Shown here: piece by piece, positions 1 to 12,959 of the stretch
How positions within the stretch are numbered: position 1 is the first letter of the stretch
How the letters are laid out: each line of letters starts with the position of its first letter
From: Rhizophagus irregularis
Taxonomy: Eukaryota
Length of the DNA stretch: 64,000 bases
Reading direction: 5' to 3'
Assembly: GCF_026210795.1 (NCBI RefSeq)
Contig: NC_089429.1
Coordinates: 6,634,001-6,698,000 of the forward strand
Made by a program: the position numbers and the translations under genes
Notes under the pieces: model-generated
Databases searched by the model: none
What the model saw: only the letters and a program-made list of their open reading frames with translations
Told to the model about the DNA's origin: nothing

Positions 1-1
1 A

Positions 2-1240
2 ATTATTATTTCTACCTCACATCAAATTTTCAATTATGCAATATTTTGTAAAGTTTTATCAATTAGTAAAGTTCATGAAAAAATTTTTCACCTTCTTGAA
101 AATCAATATAATCTTTTAGTTGAAGATCTTATCAATTATACACACATAATAGTACAAGAAATATGTAAAATGTATATGAATCAAACCTCTTTAAAAGTTT
201 TAGAATACGTTCAATATTCTGATAGTATAACTTATGATATTTATCCTAGTCCTAAAGGTTTCTTAAAAAATCTTACAAAATTAACTTTTAGTTCAAATAT
301 TTCTCCTGAACTTCTTATTAATTTGACTCAAACATGTCACAATTTGTTCCTTTTAGATGTAATAATTATTTATCATATTCCAAAGGAATTAGTTGATTTA
401 ATTACCATTCAGAAAAATTTAAAATGTTTTAGTATGATGATACATGATGGACTGAAAGATGAAATCGATTCAATTCCATTGTTAACGATGGAACTTCCTA
501 AAACTTTAACTAGATTTGTTGTTGTTGGAGAGAATTATAATATTTCATTATCATTTCTAGTAAATTTTACAAATTTACAAGAACTTGAAATATCATTTGA
601 TTTTAGTGAATGTATTGAGAGTTTTGAAAAATTACAAGATGCTATTTTCCCACAATTACAAATTTTAATAATTAAATATGCATGTCCAAGAATGGAGTTT
701 TTAATAAAATTTTTAAAAAATAATGGAAAAAATTTAAAAAAAATTCACATAGATGTTGATGATTGTGAAAGTGAAATTAGTGAGGATAGTGAGAATAGTA
801 TTAATTCCTTGAATTTAACAATTGCTAAATATTGTCCAAACATCAGAAAACTTTCTACTGGATTTAGTGATAAGGCATTGGAAATGTTAAAAATATTATT
901 TAATAATTGTCAATATTTAGAAAGTATTAAAATTTGGTGCGGAGGTAGATTTTTGAACGAAAAGGAAGCATTGGAGGCAGTTTTAGAATATTCAAAAAAT
1001 ATTTTTGAAATAATTTTACAATATGAATTTGACGTAAAATTTGAATTACTTCCAAGTGAATTAGAGTCCTTTTTTATAGATTGGAAAAAACGTATACCAC
1101 AAAAACCACTTTCTTTTGTGATCTTTGATAGTGAATTTTGTAAAAATGGATTAGATAAAAATGTTGAAAATATGAAAATCATTGAAAAATATATCAAATT
1201 AGGTGTTGTTAAGAATTTTGAAATTGATGATTACTCATGA
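2..1240 (+). CDS. F-box/leucine-rich-repeat (RNI-like) family protein, 5'-partial
   Basis: The ORF called at 170 is open in the same frame back to base 2 (IIISTSHQIFNYAIFCKVLS...QEICKM), so the start lies outside the window. LRR-like repeats (LTRF, NLQELEI, QLQILII, NIRKLST) and a C-terminus (ELESFFIDWKKRIPQKPLSF...IEKYIKLGVVK) typical of the expanded Glomeromycotina F-box/LRR family. Confidence 0.8.
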   Translation: MIISTSHQIFNYAIFCKVLSISKVHEKIFHLLENQYNLLVEDLINYTHIIVQEICKMYMNQTSLKVLEYVQYSDSITYDIYPSPKGFLKNLTKLTFSSNISPELLINLTQTCHNLFLLDVIIIYHIPKELVDLITIQKNLKCFSMMIHDGLKDEIDSIPLLTMELPKTLTRFVVVGENYNISLSFLVNFTNLQELEISFDFSECIESFEKLQDAIFPQLQILIIKYACPRMEFLIKFLKNNGKNLKKIHIDVDDCESEISEDSENSINSLNLTIAKYCPNIRKLSTGFSDKALEMLKILFNNCQYLESIKIWCGGRFLNEKEALEAVLEYSKNIFEIILQYEFDVKFELLPSELESFFIDWKKRIPQKPLSFVIFDSEFCKNGLDKNVENMKIIEKYIKLGVVKNFEIDDYS

Positions 1241-4051
1241 ATTATGTAATTATTAACTTATTCAAGACGGAAGTTGCCGCCGTACTACCAATTATTGACT
1301 TAGACTTGTATTTTTTTTTTTGTAAATCGAAAGAAACATTCTTCTTTATTATTATATATTTTAAATCTTATCTATATATATTTTTGAGTAATACTATATA
1401 AGAACATTTTTAAATATAAAAAAAAATTTAAAAAAATACAAAAAAAAATATAAAGGATTTATATTTTTATATGTGCATAAAAAAGATATTTCTTTTTTTT
1501 TCGTGTGTCTAATGGATCAAACGTTGTTTTCTTGTATTTTATATCTCAATACGTGTAAATCAGCGATTCTTTAGCATATCCGTGTTTAGAAGTTGGAACG
1601 CTACCATTTGAAGTAATCTCACTTTGATCTATAATGAACGTAGGTTAAAAAAGAAATATAATAAATATATTTATTGTTTGTTAATACAATAATAAATTAT
1701 AATTCCCACATTAAAAACTCGTTGAATAATTTTTAACTACTTTTGGACTTCTTGTGATCTTGTCACGCCACTACGCCACTTATGGTTTTGTAAGTAAAGA
1801 AGAGGGATATCACAGAAGTAAGCGTCATAAGTTTACCGCGAATAACCAACATAAATCACCGCGTATGTAATATGCAAATCATTTTCATATTAAAAAAAAT
1901 TCGTGTAACCATATTTGAGTCACTTCATTTTATGATAAACCGTCAATTTTAATATGTAACTCCCATACAAATTAACTTTACTAGTCTCTGAAGTTAATTT
2001 TCCATTTTTTGAAATTTTTTTTTTCTCTTCGCATATACGTTAAAAAATGAACTTTTTTTGAGATCCTTTTAAAAGTTTGGATAAATATATAGTTTTAATA
2101 GCAAAAATATATGTAATTTTGCAAGAGAAAAAAGATTTTCTAAGGGTTTAATGGTAGTTATTCAGGTAGTTTTTGTATAAACACAAAAAAATTGATTTTT
2201 TAATAAAAAAAGAATTTTTACTTCAATAAATTTTAATGAGAATCCTTTAACTAATAATAAATATTTTATTTTTAGGTGTAACTTTTCAAAAGAAACAGCT
2301 TTTATTAAGTTAATAAGGTCGGTCACCCAATAAGATTTTTGTTTATTATTGAATTTATCAAATTTTCTCTATTTTTTAATATGAAATAATGATAAAATTT
2401 TATTTATTATAGGAAAAAAAGAAGGGAAGAGTATTATTACTGTATTATTAGATTTATTTTTGAATAATATATTTGTTTTAAATTAAAAAAAACTACAAAA
2501 TTTTCGTTATTTCTAGTAAATCCACTTTTGTCCAATCATGTTTTAATATTAGATTCCTATTTATTCCATCACGAAATTTTTTTATTTTAATATTCAAATT
2601 GTTTTTAAATTAGAAAATAGTTTGTTTTGTAATTAAAATCATTGAAATAATAAAGAATTTATAATACTATTATACAATATAATGAAAAAAAGGAAATTTT
2701 TCTTTATAGATTCTGGGTTTATTTGAAAATTTATTTGAGTTAATATTTTTTTAAGCTTTTTTTTTGTTATAAAATTATATAAAATACTTTCTGTCTTAAT
2801 TTGGAGTTTTAAATTATTTGCTATATTTGACAAATTTCAAGTTTTTCTCATTATTCCTTATTTTTAGCAAACAAAATGTACCAACTTCTAGTTAAGATCC
2901 ACCTTAAAAAACAAAAAGTATATGAAGAAATTTTTCAACATACTCTTAGATGTTGACAAAAAGTATTATTTTTTATATTTAGTTTGAAAGTTATTTTATA
3001 TAAATGTGATGTTACATTTGAACTGCATTTTTCAATTTTTATCAAATTTAGGCCGGCATTATAAAATTGGCCAGAATTAAGCAAAATTTGGCCAGAATTA
3101 TGGATTCGAAAATCTCCAATAAAATTTATTTTAGCCGATTTTGATCTACATACATAAACTATATAATTAATAACTATACGGCACCATAATTTTTAATATG
3201 GCTATCATAATAAGAAAAATTTGCCCTTAAATTTTATTGCATGCGCAGTGATTGTTATTTTCTACATACTTATCGTTCTATGTGTTGAATTAGTATTATT
3301 TCTATTTAACCTGTAATCACTCATAATGTAATGTGGAATTTATAATATACTTTTAACTTGTGTTCCTTATTATCAATAATATATTAACAATACAGCATAA
3401 TTCCATCATCCCATTATAAATGATACATCATCATACCAGGGCGTTAAGCGTTTTGCGTTCTGAAACTGATTATCATCCAGTGTTTATTTGTATTTTTACA
3501 GGGATTAAACACCAGAGTTGAATATGGGTTAAATATGGCCTTTGTAACATTATTAAGATGAATTATTTTTATACTATCACGATAATATAAAGTAGTTGCG
3601 AAGGTCAATTAATTTTGCCCGAATTTAGTTGGTTATTTCAAATAATAATAAGCACACAATAATAAATATGATAAAGCGAAATTAATCTTTTAAACATTAG
3701 GAACCTTGACATTTGTTAAATAGCCTAATAATGCCTCAAAAATAATTATAATTTACAGCTCATACTACACGAGAGTATACAAAGTATATTTGATATCTTT
3801 GATGTTACAGTTATTAATAATAATTATGATCAATCAAAATCAAATACTAAAATGTCCAAATGACAAAATGAATTGGGAAGTGAGAATAACACATTACTAG
3901 TTATCCAAGCAAGTGAATAAATAAAACAGTTTAATTTACATTAATCACTTAACATAAATAATAAACTCAATGGGACAGAATGATCATAGATAAAAAATAG
4001 TACTCTTCAAATTAATGAAATTCTCAAAGTTCTATGAATTAGGCAAATAGG

Positions 4052-4321
4052 CAGGGATGGCAATAGTCACGGTTATTAACCGATCCCTGACCGACTGTTT
4101 GACCGACCGGTATGACTGACCGTTTAACCGCCGGTCATTTTAATCAAAATGATTAAAAAAAATTATCTTATTAGTACAATGCATTTAAAATTTAAATTTT
4201 TTTTTAAAAAAGTACTCAATAGATATTCATTTTCTAGCAAAATAATCAGTTAAACGGTCGGTTAAGCGGTCGGTCAGACAACGGTCGGTCAAATGACCAT
4301 GACCGACCGTTGCCATCCCTA
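4052..4321. mobile_element. hAT-type MITE (270 bp) with Ac/Ds-like termini
   Basis: Left CAGGGATGGCAA, right TTGCCATCCCTA; dense subterminal GACCG/CGGTC repeats pointing inward from both ends around an AT-rich core. No clean 8-bp TSD. Confidence 0.75.
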
Positions 4322-4815
4322 GTTGCAAATCTGATAAAAAGCTCTTCATCACTATATCACTATATCGCAATATCATTATATTTCTTGATAATTGTGTTTT
4401 AAAAGTCTCCTTATCATCAGGTGCGTTAATAATATCTCACTATGATGTTTTATTTTATGATTTACAAGGATTTATTAAATACTGTATATTAAAAAAATAT
4501 TATTCGAATGAATAAAATATTCAATAATATATTTATGTGAATAGTATTTTTATTTTTAAATGATGTTAATCTTGCATAAATTATAAAAGATTGTAATATC
4601 ATTATTATTTCTTCTTTATGTTTCTATTATTATTTCTATGACTTTGAAAATTTATCATAAATAGAAATATATATCCGACCCTATCCTGATTATTGTAATC
4701 TATTTGAATTTTTATTCGAATTGATTTCAATAAGTGGCTGTTTTATTTTAGATACATATATTTAAAGAGAAATATATCTAAATGTGTTAAAATTTCTTAA
4801 ATCTCTTGCATAATT

Positions 4816-6303
4816 TTAATGAAATAAATAATCCAATTCGCCAGGTGCAACAAGATCAATTCCTTGACTCTTTAATATGTCAACAATTTCTATTTCTTCA
4901 TTCATCAAATTGTATCCAAACTTCTTAATTCCAAATGCTTTTAAAGAATTATGGGCTTTCTGAAATTTATTTACATATAATAAATAATCTTTACTTGAAG
5001 TACTATTATCTAAGGTAATAATCCATTTTTTCAAATTAGCTTTACAATTATTAATAAAATATATAAATCCTGGTAAATCAACATTAAAATCAAGATATAA
5101 ACATTCAACAAATATTAAATAATCGGCCAATTTTCTAACTAATGAACTCGTATCAAATCTAAAATTGATTTCAATGTTTAAGACTCTTACTGATGAAAAT
5201 TTACAGATAAATGGAATTATTGAATCGGTAAATTTTGTTGATTGAAACTGTATACATAAAAAACTAATATTTGGGCAAGTTTCTTTTACTGCTTTGACCG
5301 CTCTTGGAGAAACATCACTCAAAGATAATTTTAATAATGACTCACTGCAAAAACAATTAATAATTACTTCAACCAAGTTTTCCGAATCACAACGCCATAG
5401 CTTAAATTCTTTAAGATATAATTTATCCTTAAAAAGATCTTTACAATGATCAAACCCTTCACAATATAAAAACTCAAGGTGTTCTAAACATTTTAATTTT
5501 GATATTAATGATAAATCAAAATGTTGAAAATCTACATTATCAAGTACTAATACTTTTAAGGTTTCTTTTCGAAATTCTAAACCCAAATTGGGAACTTTTT
5601 CAATACATTCAAGATAAATTGTTATTTTTTTTAAAGGTTGTAACTTGATAATATCCAAATATTGTCTTAAAAATACATTATCAAAAGAATTGATACATAG
5701 TTCTAAATTAACAATATAATTACAATATTTGGACACCATATTTAAAAATTCAGCAATATTCTGAAGTTTTTCATCATTGTCGGTTACTAAATCCACTATA
5801 GTTAAAGATCTTAAATATTTGAATCCATAATTTGTAAAAGAGGGAATTTTGGGAAAATTTTCCTGGGCTACATCTACCTCGAATTCTTGTAAGGTAGAAC
5901 TTTTCCTAATAATCATGTGGTATATAATATCTACAACTTTTTGAACTGTGTAATCTATATTACGCATATTATTTGATTCAAGAAAAGTTTTGACGTGTTT
6001 TACCAAATGATTATGATTAACTTTTTGTATGAATTTCCCATATTCAAATAGAGTTCGGTTGGTATAAAGTCTTGTTGTGCAGGGAATTAATGAAAAAATA
6101 TCTTCTTCTTCAAGTAATAATGTATTTATTAATGAAAAACTAATAGTAGTTGAAAATTTCTTGATAAAGGGGTCCTTCCAAATTACGGGGATGGTAACTC
6201 TGCAATAATGTCTATTAACAAATAAACATTTATATAAAGAAGCTTTATCAAGGAAATAGAGTATGCTACTAGAACATTCAGTAGGCAATGTTGATAAAGA
6301 CAT
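4816..6303 (-). CDS. F-box domain / LRR (RNI-like) protein, 495 aa
   Basis: Intact intronless ORF; N-terminal F-box-like motif LPTECSSSILYFLDKASLYKCLFVNRHYCRVTIPVIWKDPF followed by LRR-like repeats (LRSLTI, LKVLVL, LEHLEF, LKEFKL). Confidence 0.85.
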   Translation of the reverse strand: MSLSTLPTECSSSILYFLDKASLYKCLFVNRHYCRVTIPVIWKDPFIKKFSTTISFSLINTLLLEEEDIFSLIPCTTRLYTNRTLFEYGKFIQKVNHNHLVKHVKTFLESNNMRNIDYTVQKVVDIIYHMIIRKSSTLQEFEVDVAQENFPKIPSFTNYGFKYLRSLTIVDLVTDNDEKLQNIAEFLNMVSKYCNYIVNLELCINSFDNVFLRQYLDIIKLQPLKKITIYLECIEKVPNLGLEFRKETLKVLVLDNVDFQHFDLSLISKLKCLEHLEFLYCEGFDHCKDLFKDKLYLKEFKLWRCDSENLVEVIINCFCSESLLKLSLSDVSPRAVKAVKETCPNISFLCIQFQSTKFTDSIIPFICKFSSVRVLNIEINFRFDTSSLVRKLADYLIFVECLYLDFNVDLPGFIYFINNCKANLKKWIITLDNSTSSKDYLLYVNKFQKAHNSLKAFGIKKFGYNLMNEEIEIVDILKSQGIDLVAPGELDYLFH

Positions 6304-6604
6304 GATTTTTTAAAAAAGTGCGAAGAGATTTAATGGAAAGAATTTTTAAAAGAACTTTTTTTTAAAAAAAAAAATGGGAAGAGGAAGAATTAACGTTTTA
6401 TAGCGTCTAAGGTGGTACCAGATAAAAAATTTAAAAGTTAGACATTTTGTTGATCATGTCAACTTAATATAAACAGATGTTTGTTCTCCTTATACGAATA
6501 TTTGTTTGTCAAAAAGAATGTGCAGGGGACGACTTCTTTGATTTTTTGTTTACATTTAGTTACAAATAAAATTGTTTTTCCCGTTAAACGATAATTTAAA
6601 CATA

Positions 6605-6763
6605 TAGAGTTTGGATTTGAATTTGTTTATTAAATTTGTTATCGGTTCATTCGACTGGATATTCAGTTTACCTTCATTTCATTCGAATTTGATACTTTCG
6701 ATCTATAATTCAAATCGAATGACATGGATTTAAATCCGAAGGTTGAATGCCAATTCCAGCCTT
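6605..6763. mobile_element. Degenerate hAT-type MITE
   Basis: Starts TAGAGTTTGGAT, the same as the element at 18493; internal ATTCGA/TCGAAT repeats; right end TTCCAGCCTT is degenerate; candidate TSD TAAACATA / TGAACATT (6/8). Confidence 0.35.
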
Positions 6764-6934
6764 TGAACATTAAGTGAAAAGAAATATTTCTAAATATTCT
6801 CATAATGCTGTAAATGAAACAACGAGACATGTAATTAGAGAAGAATTTAAAGAATTTAATTGGCTGATTCGTTATAACAAGAGATATTTGATGTATATGT
6901 CACGTATAATGACTAGAATTTTCACTACAAATTA

Positions 6935-9900
6935 AAAGAAATACAAACAATTTCGAATTCATTTAACATCTACAACAAGTAGGCCTAAAATTCGTTTAAT
7001 AATTCCTCATGTCAATCTAAAATAATGATAATCAAATTTAAGCATACGTATGAATTCATATTTGCATAAAATTTTATACAAGTAAATAAAGAAATTTTCG
7101 CAATATCTACCGGAACTAAATTCATAACCAGTAAGTAGATGTTTGTGTATATTTTTCTACTTTTAGTCGAATTTTGATATATAAAAATTTCCTTAATTTA
7201 TTTTAAAACACATTTTTTTATGTATAAAATATGAAGGCAGGGATTGAGATATTATGAATTTAGTTATAATTCCGATAATTATTTTTTTTTTCCCTATTTT
7301 CCCTATCAATGACCGATTTTCAAAATAAATGGGACCATTCAAAATCATCTGATGGACAAATCATCATAGCCGCTGGTGATAACGATATAATACTTTCATT
7401 TGTAACAATTAATATATCTATTAATATGTAAGAATTTGTTTTTTATTGTAAGAATTAATGTTTTTATTAATACGTCATAAACAATTGTACTACATATTAA
7501 ATATAAATATATGATTTTTTGCATGTAAATAATGATATAATAATTTATTTTATTAAAATTTAATAAATAATTTTTGTACTATTAGGAGTGATAATGAATG
7601 TTGGGACGATTTGTCAGTATTGTGAACGTCGGGTCTTCGCCGAGATTTCGTATAATTGATAGTTATGTTTTGTTTCTAAATAAACCTAAATAGGATTTAG
7701 AATATTGGGGGAAACGTCATAGTTTTGAATAATAATTTTGTAAGAAAACAAAAGAAAAACAATGATGATAATAAAAATAGTCAAGAAACCATTTAAGATA
7801 TATATCAAATAATTATTGATAAAAATTGAATAACTATTTTCCGCGATCTAATAAAAAATTGTTTATTGAATTTTAGATTTGTGTTTAGAACATGGAACCG
7901 GTTAATTTAACCCGGTCGATTTATTCGCTTTTAATATTAGATCATGAAATATTACGACAAATCGACAAACAATAATCGAAAGAAATGAACAAATGATATA
8001 CCAAAATATTATTTAATTTAAAGTATGAAACATCTATCAACCTCCTTAACAAAAGAAAACAATCAGTTTCCTATTTATAAATTCTATAGATTCATCGGCG
8101 TAACTGCGTATACCAAAAAATGGAAAAGAATTAATCTGGCTGCACCACTTAAATTTTTGAATATATAAAAATTAGTTATCGATGACAAAGAAGTTATGAA
8201 CATAAATCTATTGTTTGTTTGACAAAGGAAAAAAATAAAAATTAAATACATATAATTATTTATTTGTTTATTATAGAGATTAAATAAATAAATAAATAAT
8301 CTAACGATGAACGAACACAAAAAAAAAATATTCATAATTAAAAATCAAGAAAACAAGTTAAAAACAGGTAAAATTAATTTTCTTTGTCATTATACTCATA
8401 TAAAAATATTCGCTATATAATATTTAATGATATTAATACCTTGAAAAGTCGATTGTGAGTTAATTTTTCCGAAGAGAGAATTTTTTAGGTTGCACCAATA
8501 AATTAGTAAATGAAGATCAAAAAAATATTTGTAACACATTTTTTATATATTCTACAGAAAGAGTTGACTGATTTAGCATGTAAGAAAAAAAAAAAGAAAA
8601 TCGACTCCGTCCATGAATAATAATACAGTTCTATTTTTATTAATAAAAAATAAATTCCTAGTTGTTAAAAAATTTTTTTAGTACTTCGTTACAAAATGCA
8701 CTCCATTTCATTGATTTACCGATTTACCATATATACAGTATGATATATTTACATATATATATGTCTATAGCGATTATTTCTAGCATACTTCATTATTTTA
8801 GGTATGACTCTTACAAGCTAGCAAGTTACAGCTATGAATGCAGTGACAGCAATTATTAAGATGTTAGTAACATTGTTTGGAACTATAAATAGGTCTCATA
8901 ATAGCATTTCTCATTGATTTAGGTATGATTTTTCAAGCTAGCAAGTTATAGCTATGAATGCTGTGGCAACCTGATAACTTTATCTGTAAGTTCCATTAAC
9001 ACTATAGTCAATTGTTCACTATTTTCTTAAAGAAATACGTTTGGTTGCAACTAGATTTTTATTCTTAACAATCCGGGAAAAACACTAATATCATGTATAT
9101 CATATAATATACTATGCCGCAACTCGTTAGTTTCTGTATAAAGTTATTAATTAACCATAATGAGAGGAGACAAGTAGGTTTACTGTAGGTAGAAGTCATG
9201 CACATATATGAATTAAAATGTTAGACAATTAATAAAATATCGTAATAAACTGATCAATTAATTTGTAGTGAAAATTTTAGTCGTTAAAATTATTAAAGAA
9301 ATACAAATAATTTCGAATTCATTTAACATCTTCCAGAAGTAGGCCCAAAATTCGTTTAATAATTTCTCGTGTCAATCTAAAATAATGATAATCTAATTCA
9401 AGCATATGTTATGAAGTCATATTTGTTATACAGATAAATAAAGAAATTTTCGCAATATCTACCAGAACTAAATTTATAACCGCAAGTAGATATTTAGTCG
9501 AATTTTGATTTACCAATTAATAAAAAAAAAATCATAAAATTTACTAATTTCATGTACAGTATTTGTAAAATAAAAGTATAAATATTTCCTTAATTTATTT
9601 TAGAACTCATTTATTTTTTTATGTATAAAATATGAAGGCTGACACGCCAAAATTGAGAATTATTAATTTAGTTATAATTCCGATAATTATTATTTTTTTT
9701 TCCCTGTCAAATGTCCGATTTTCAAAATAAATGGGAAATCTGATCACAAATCATAGCGCTGGTGATATATTAATATGTAATAATTTAAAAGAATATATGT
9801 TTTTTATTGTAAAAATTAATGTTTTTATTAATGTCATAAACAATTGTTTTTGCTTCATATTAAATAAAATATATGATTTTTTGCATGTAAATTTAATGAT

Positions 9901-11645
9901 ATAATTTATTTTATTAAAATTTAATAAATAATTTTTGTACTATTAGGAGGGATAATGAATGTTGGGACGCACGTTTTGTCAGGATTGTGAACGTCGGGTC
10001 TTCGCCGAGATTTCGTATAACTGATTGTTATGTTTGTTTCTGAATAAACCTAAATAGGATTTAGAATATCAGAAGAAACGTCATAGATTGAATAATAATT
10101 TTGTTTTTTTTTTAAGAAAACAAGAAAACAATCATGATGATAAAAATAGTCAAGAAACCATTTAAGATATATATCACAAAGTCTTGTAATAATCACTCAA
10201 ATAATTATTGATAAAAATTGAATAACTATTTTCCGCGGTCTAATAAAAAATTGTCCATTGAATTTTAGATTTGTATTTAGAACATGGAACCGGTTAATTT
10301 AACCCGGTCGATTTATTCGCTTCTAATATTAGATCATGAAATATTACGATAAATCGACAAAACAATAATCGAAAGAAATGATGATATACCAAAATATTAT
10401 TTAATTTAAAGTATGAAACATCTATCAACCTCCTTAGCAAAAGAAAATAATCAGTTTCCTATTTATAAATTCTATAGATTCATCGGCGTAACTACGTATA
10501 CCAAAAAAATGAAAAAAAAAAATAAAAAAAATGAAGAATTAATCTGGATGCACCACTTAAATTTTGGATATATAAAAATTAGCTATCGATGACAAAGAAT
10601 TTATGAAAATAAATCTATTGTTTGTTTAACAAAGGAAATAACAAATATTAAATACATATAATTATTTATTTGTTTATTATAGAGATTAAATAAATAAATA
10701 AATAATCCAACGATGAACGAACACAAAAAAAAATATTCATAATTAAAAATCAAATAAACAGGTTAAAAACAAGTAAAATTAATTTTCTTTGTCATTATAT
10801 TTAGTATATAAAATATTCGCTATATAATATTTAATAATATATTAACCTTGAAAAAGTCGATTGTGAGTTAATTTTTCCGAAGATAGGTAATTTTTAGGTT
10901 GCACTAATAAATTAGTAAATGAAGATCAAAAAATATTTGTAATACATTTGACTGGTTTATTTATATAAGAAAAAAACAGAAAGAAAATCCATGAATAATA
11001 CAGTTCTATTTTTATTAATAAAAAATAAATTTCTAGTTGATGAAAAATTTTTTTAGTACTTCGTTACAAAATGCACTCCATTTCATTGATTTGCCGATTT
11101 ACCATAATATGTACATATACAGCAGTATATATGTCTATAACAATTATTAGTATCATTGTTTAGAACTCTAAATACCACTTAAGAATAGGCTTCATAACAG
11201 CATTTCTCATTGTTTTAGGTATGATTTTTACAAACTAGCAAGTTTTTATATGAATGCTGTGGCAGCAATTATTACAGTAAGATGTTTATATCATTGTTTG
11301 GAACTCTAAACATCGTTTAAGAATAGGTTTCATAACAACATTCTTCATTGTTTTAGATATCCCTATAAAAAATTTACTGGAAAAAATTACCATTTTTCTA
11401 ATTTGTATTCCGATATGTGATTAATTTTCTAAAAAATTTTTTATAGGGGATTTTTACAAGATAGCAAGTTACAGATAAAGTTACCAGGCTGCCACGGCAT
11501 TCATAGCTATAAGTTCTATTAACACTGTATAGCTAATTGTTCCTTATTTTCTTCAAAAAATGCGTTTGGTTGCAAACCGGATTTTTATTCTTAACAATCC
11601 GGGTCAAAATGTATATCATATGATAGTATACTACGCCGAAACTCA
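6935..11645 (+). repeat. Tandem segmental duplication of a ~2.2-2.35 kb non-coding block (copy 1 ~6935-9125, copy 2 ~9296-11645)
   Basis: Co-linear identical landmarks in both copies: TTTCGAATTCATTTAACATC, TGTGAACGTCGGGTCTTCGCCGAGATTTCG, CATGGAACCGGTTAATTTAACCCGGTCGA, AGATTCATCGGCGTAACT, TTCTTAACAATCCGGG. Confidence 0.95.
11361..11448. mobile_element. 88-bp CCC-terminated MITE present only in copy 2 of the duplication
   Basis: TIRs CCCTATAAAAAATTT / AAATTTTTTATAGGG. Sibling sub-repeats show the empty site (TTTTAGGTATGATTTTTACAA). TSD is ambiguous (0 or 2 bp). Confidence 0.7.
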
Positions 11646-12264
11646 ATCATCGCTCTACATATTATTTCTCATTTAAGAGAGAACTTTTTCACTCACTCTT
11701 AAGTCATCGTGCAAATCCCACAATTAATCTAGGGCGTCAAGAATTGTTTGATCGCGATTTTATCATGATTTTGGCGGGTTTACAATATTTAATATTATTT
11801 AAATTCAATTGGATGACTATATAACCACATGATTAGTACGATTTACATTAATTCTTGAATTCCGTCTAAAATTTATAAAGGAATAGTTATAAGTTAATGG
11901 AGTAATTAAAGGGTGGTATTGGTCAAGCAAATTTACGAAAAAATCGTGAAAGTCACACAACCCATCCTGGATTAGGAAATAATTTAGATATTAATGTCTT
12001 CACACACTTTTTATAATTTTGACAGAGTCTAGAGTTTTGTTATGCAATCTTATTTTTTTATTTCGTACAGTATAGTATGAATAAATATACATCAATTTTT
12101 TTTTTGAAATATAGTAGTGTATCGAAGATAAATTGGCTACTTTGAAGATGTTATCTCTTTAATATGGATAAGAGATTCGCAGTAAATCTTTATTATTTTC
12201 AGACCATTTGTCATTAGCCAAATTCTAATTTATCTCAATGTGTATCATTTAATTAATTATACTA

Positions 12265-12400
12265 GCGAGCTAAAGTAGAATTGGGAGGGTCAGGAGTAGG
12301 ATAGAATCCGGTGATCCCCAGAAGACCGCTATGGTGAAGGCCTTTTACTGACGTGTGAGATGAAAGTGTCTAAAAGGATTAGATACCCTCGTAGTCTCTA
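12265..12400 (+). pseudogene. rns: Fragment of mitochondrial-type small-subunit rRNA (probable NUMT)
   Basis: Ordered SSU motifs GGAGTAG..., GGTGAAGGC, ACTGACG, GAAAG, and AGGATTAGATACCCTCGTAGTC (conserved 16S-like 785-805 region), with internal deletions, isolated in AT-rich DNA. Confidence 0.75.
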
Positions 12401-12959
12401 CATCAGTAAAATAATATTCATTGCCATTACTGATGGAGAAACCCTTGATTTTTCATTAATAAAAAATTGGAAGATTTTTACAACAGTTGTTTTTTACGGT
12501 ATTCTGATTTAAATAGAAATTTATCGCATTAATCGGTTAGAATCTCTGATGTCCGATTTTTTTTCTTATAACTTATAGAAACTCCTAATTGTTCTGGCCT
12601 GTAGCATTTTGTCTTAATAAAATAAGTGAATCATCAACTTTAAGATCTTATATTTTAATTAACGATAAGTGAAATTTCTGCTTGAAATGAAACGTAGCAA
12701 TTGTACTATTTAAGAGATGATATTTTAAATTAAAGATCATTAAGATATTAAATATATTATGAATTTAGGGTAATAAACTTCTAAACTGATACGGCCTTTA
12801 ATATGAATGAACAATTCCAATTCACACTAATTTATATTCCCTATTTTCTTATTCAAATATTTTTCATTATTTTCACGTTGATAGAATAACAAAAACAGTA
12901 ATTTTAACTTAAGAAAATCTTTGCGCATAGTCTATTTCTTAATCTCTATTCATTAATAC

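Noticed and set aside
910..1197. 95-aa minus-strand ORF (and 42350-42601)
   Set aside because: Antisense overlaps of well-supported genes.
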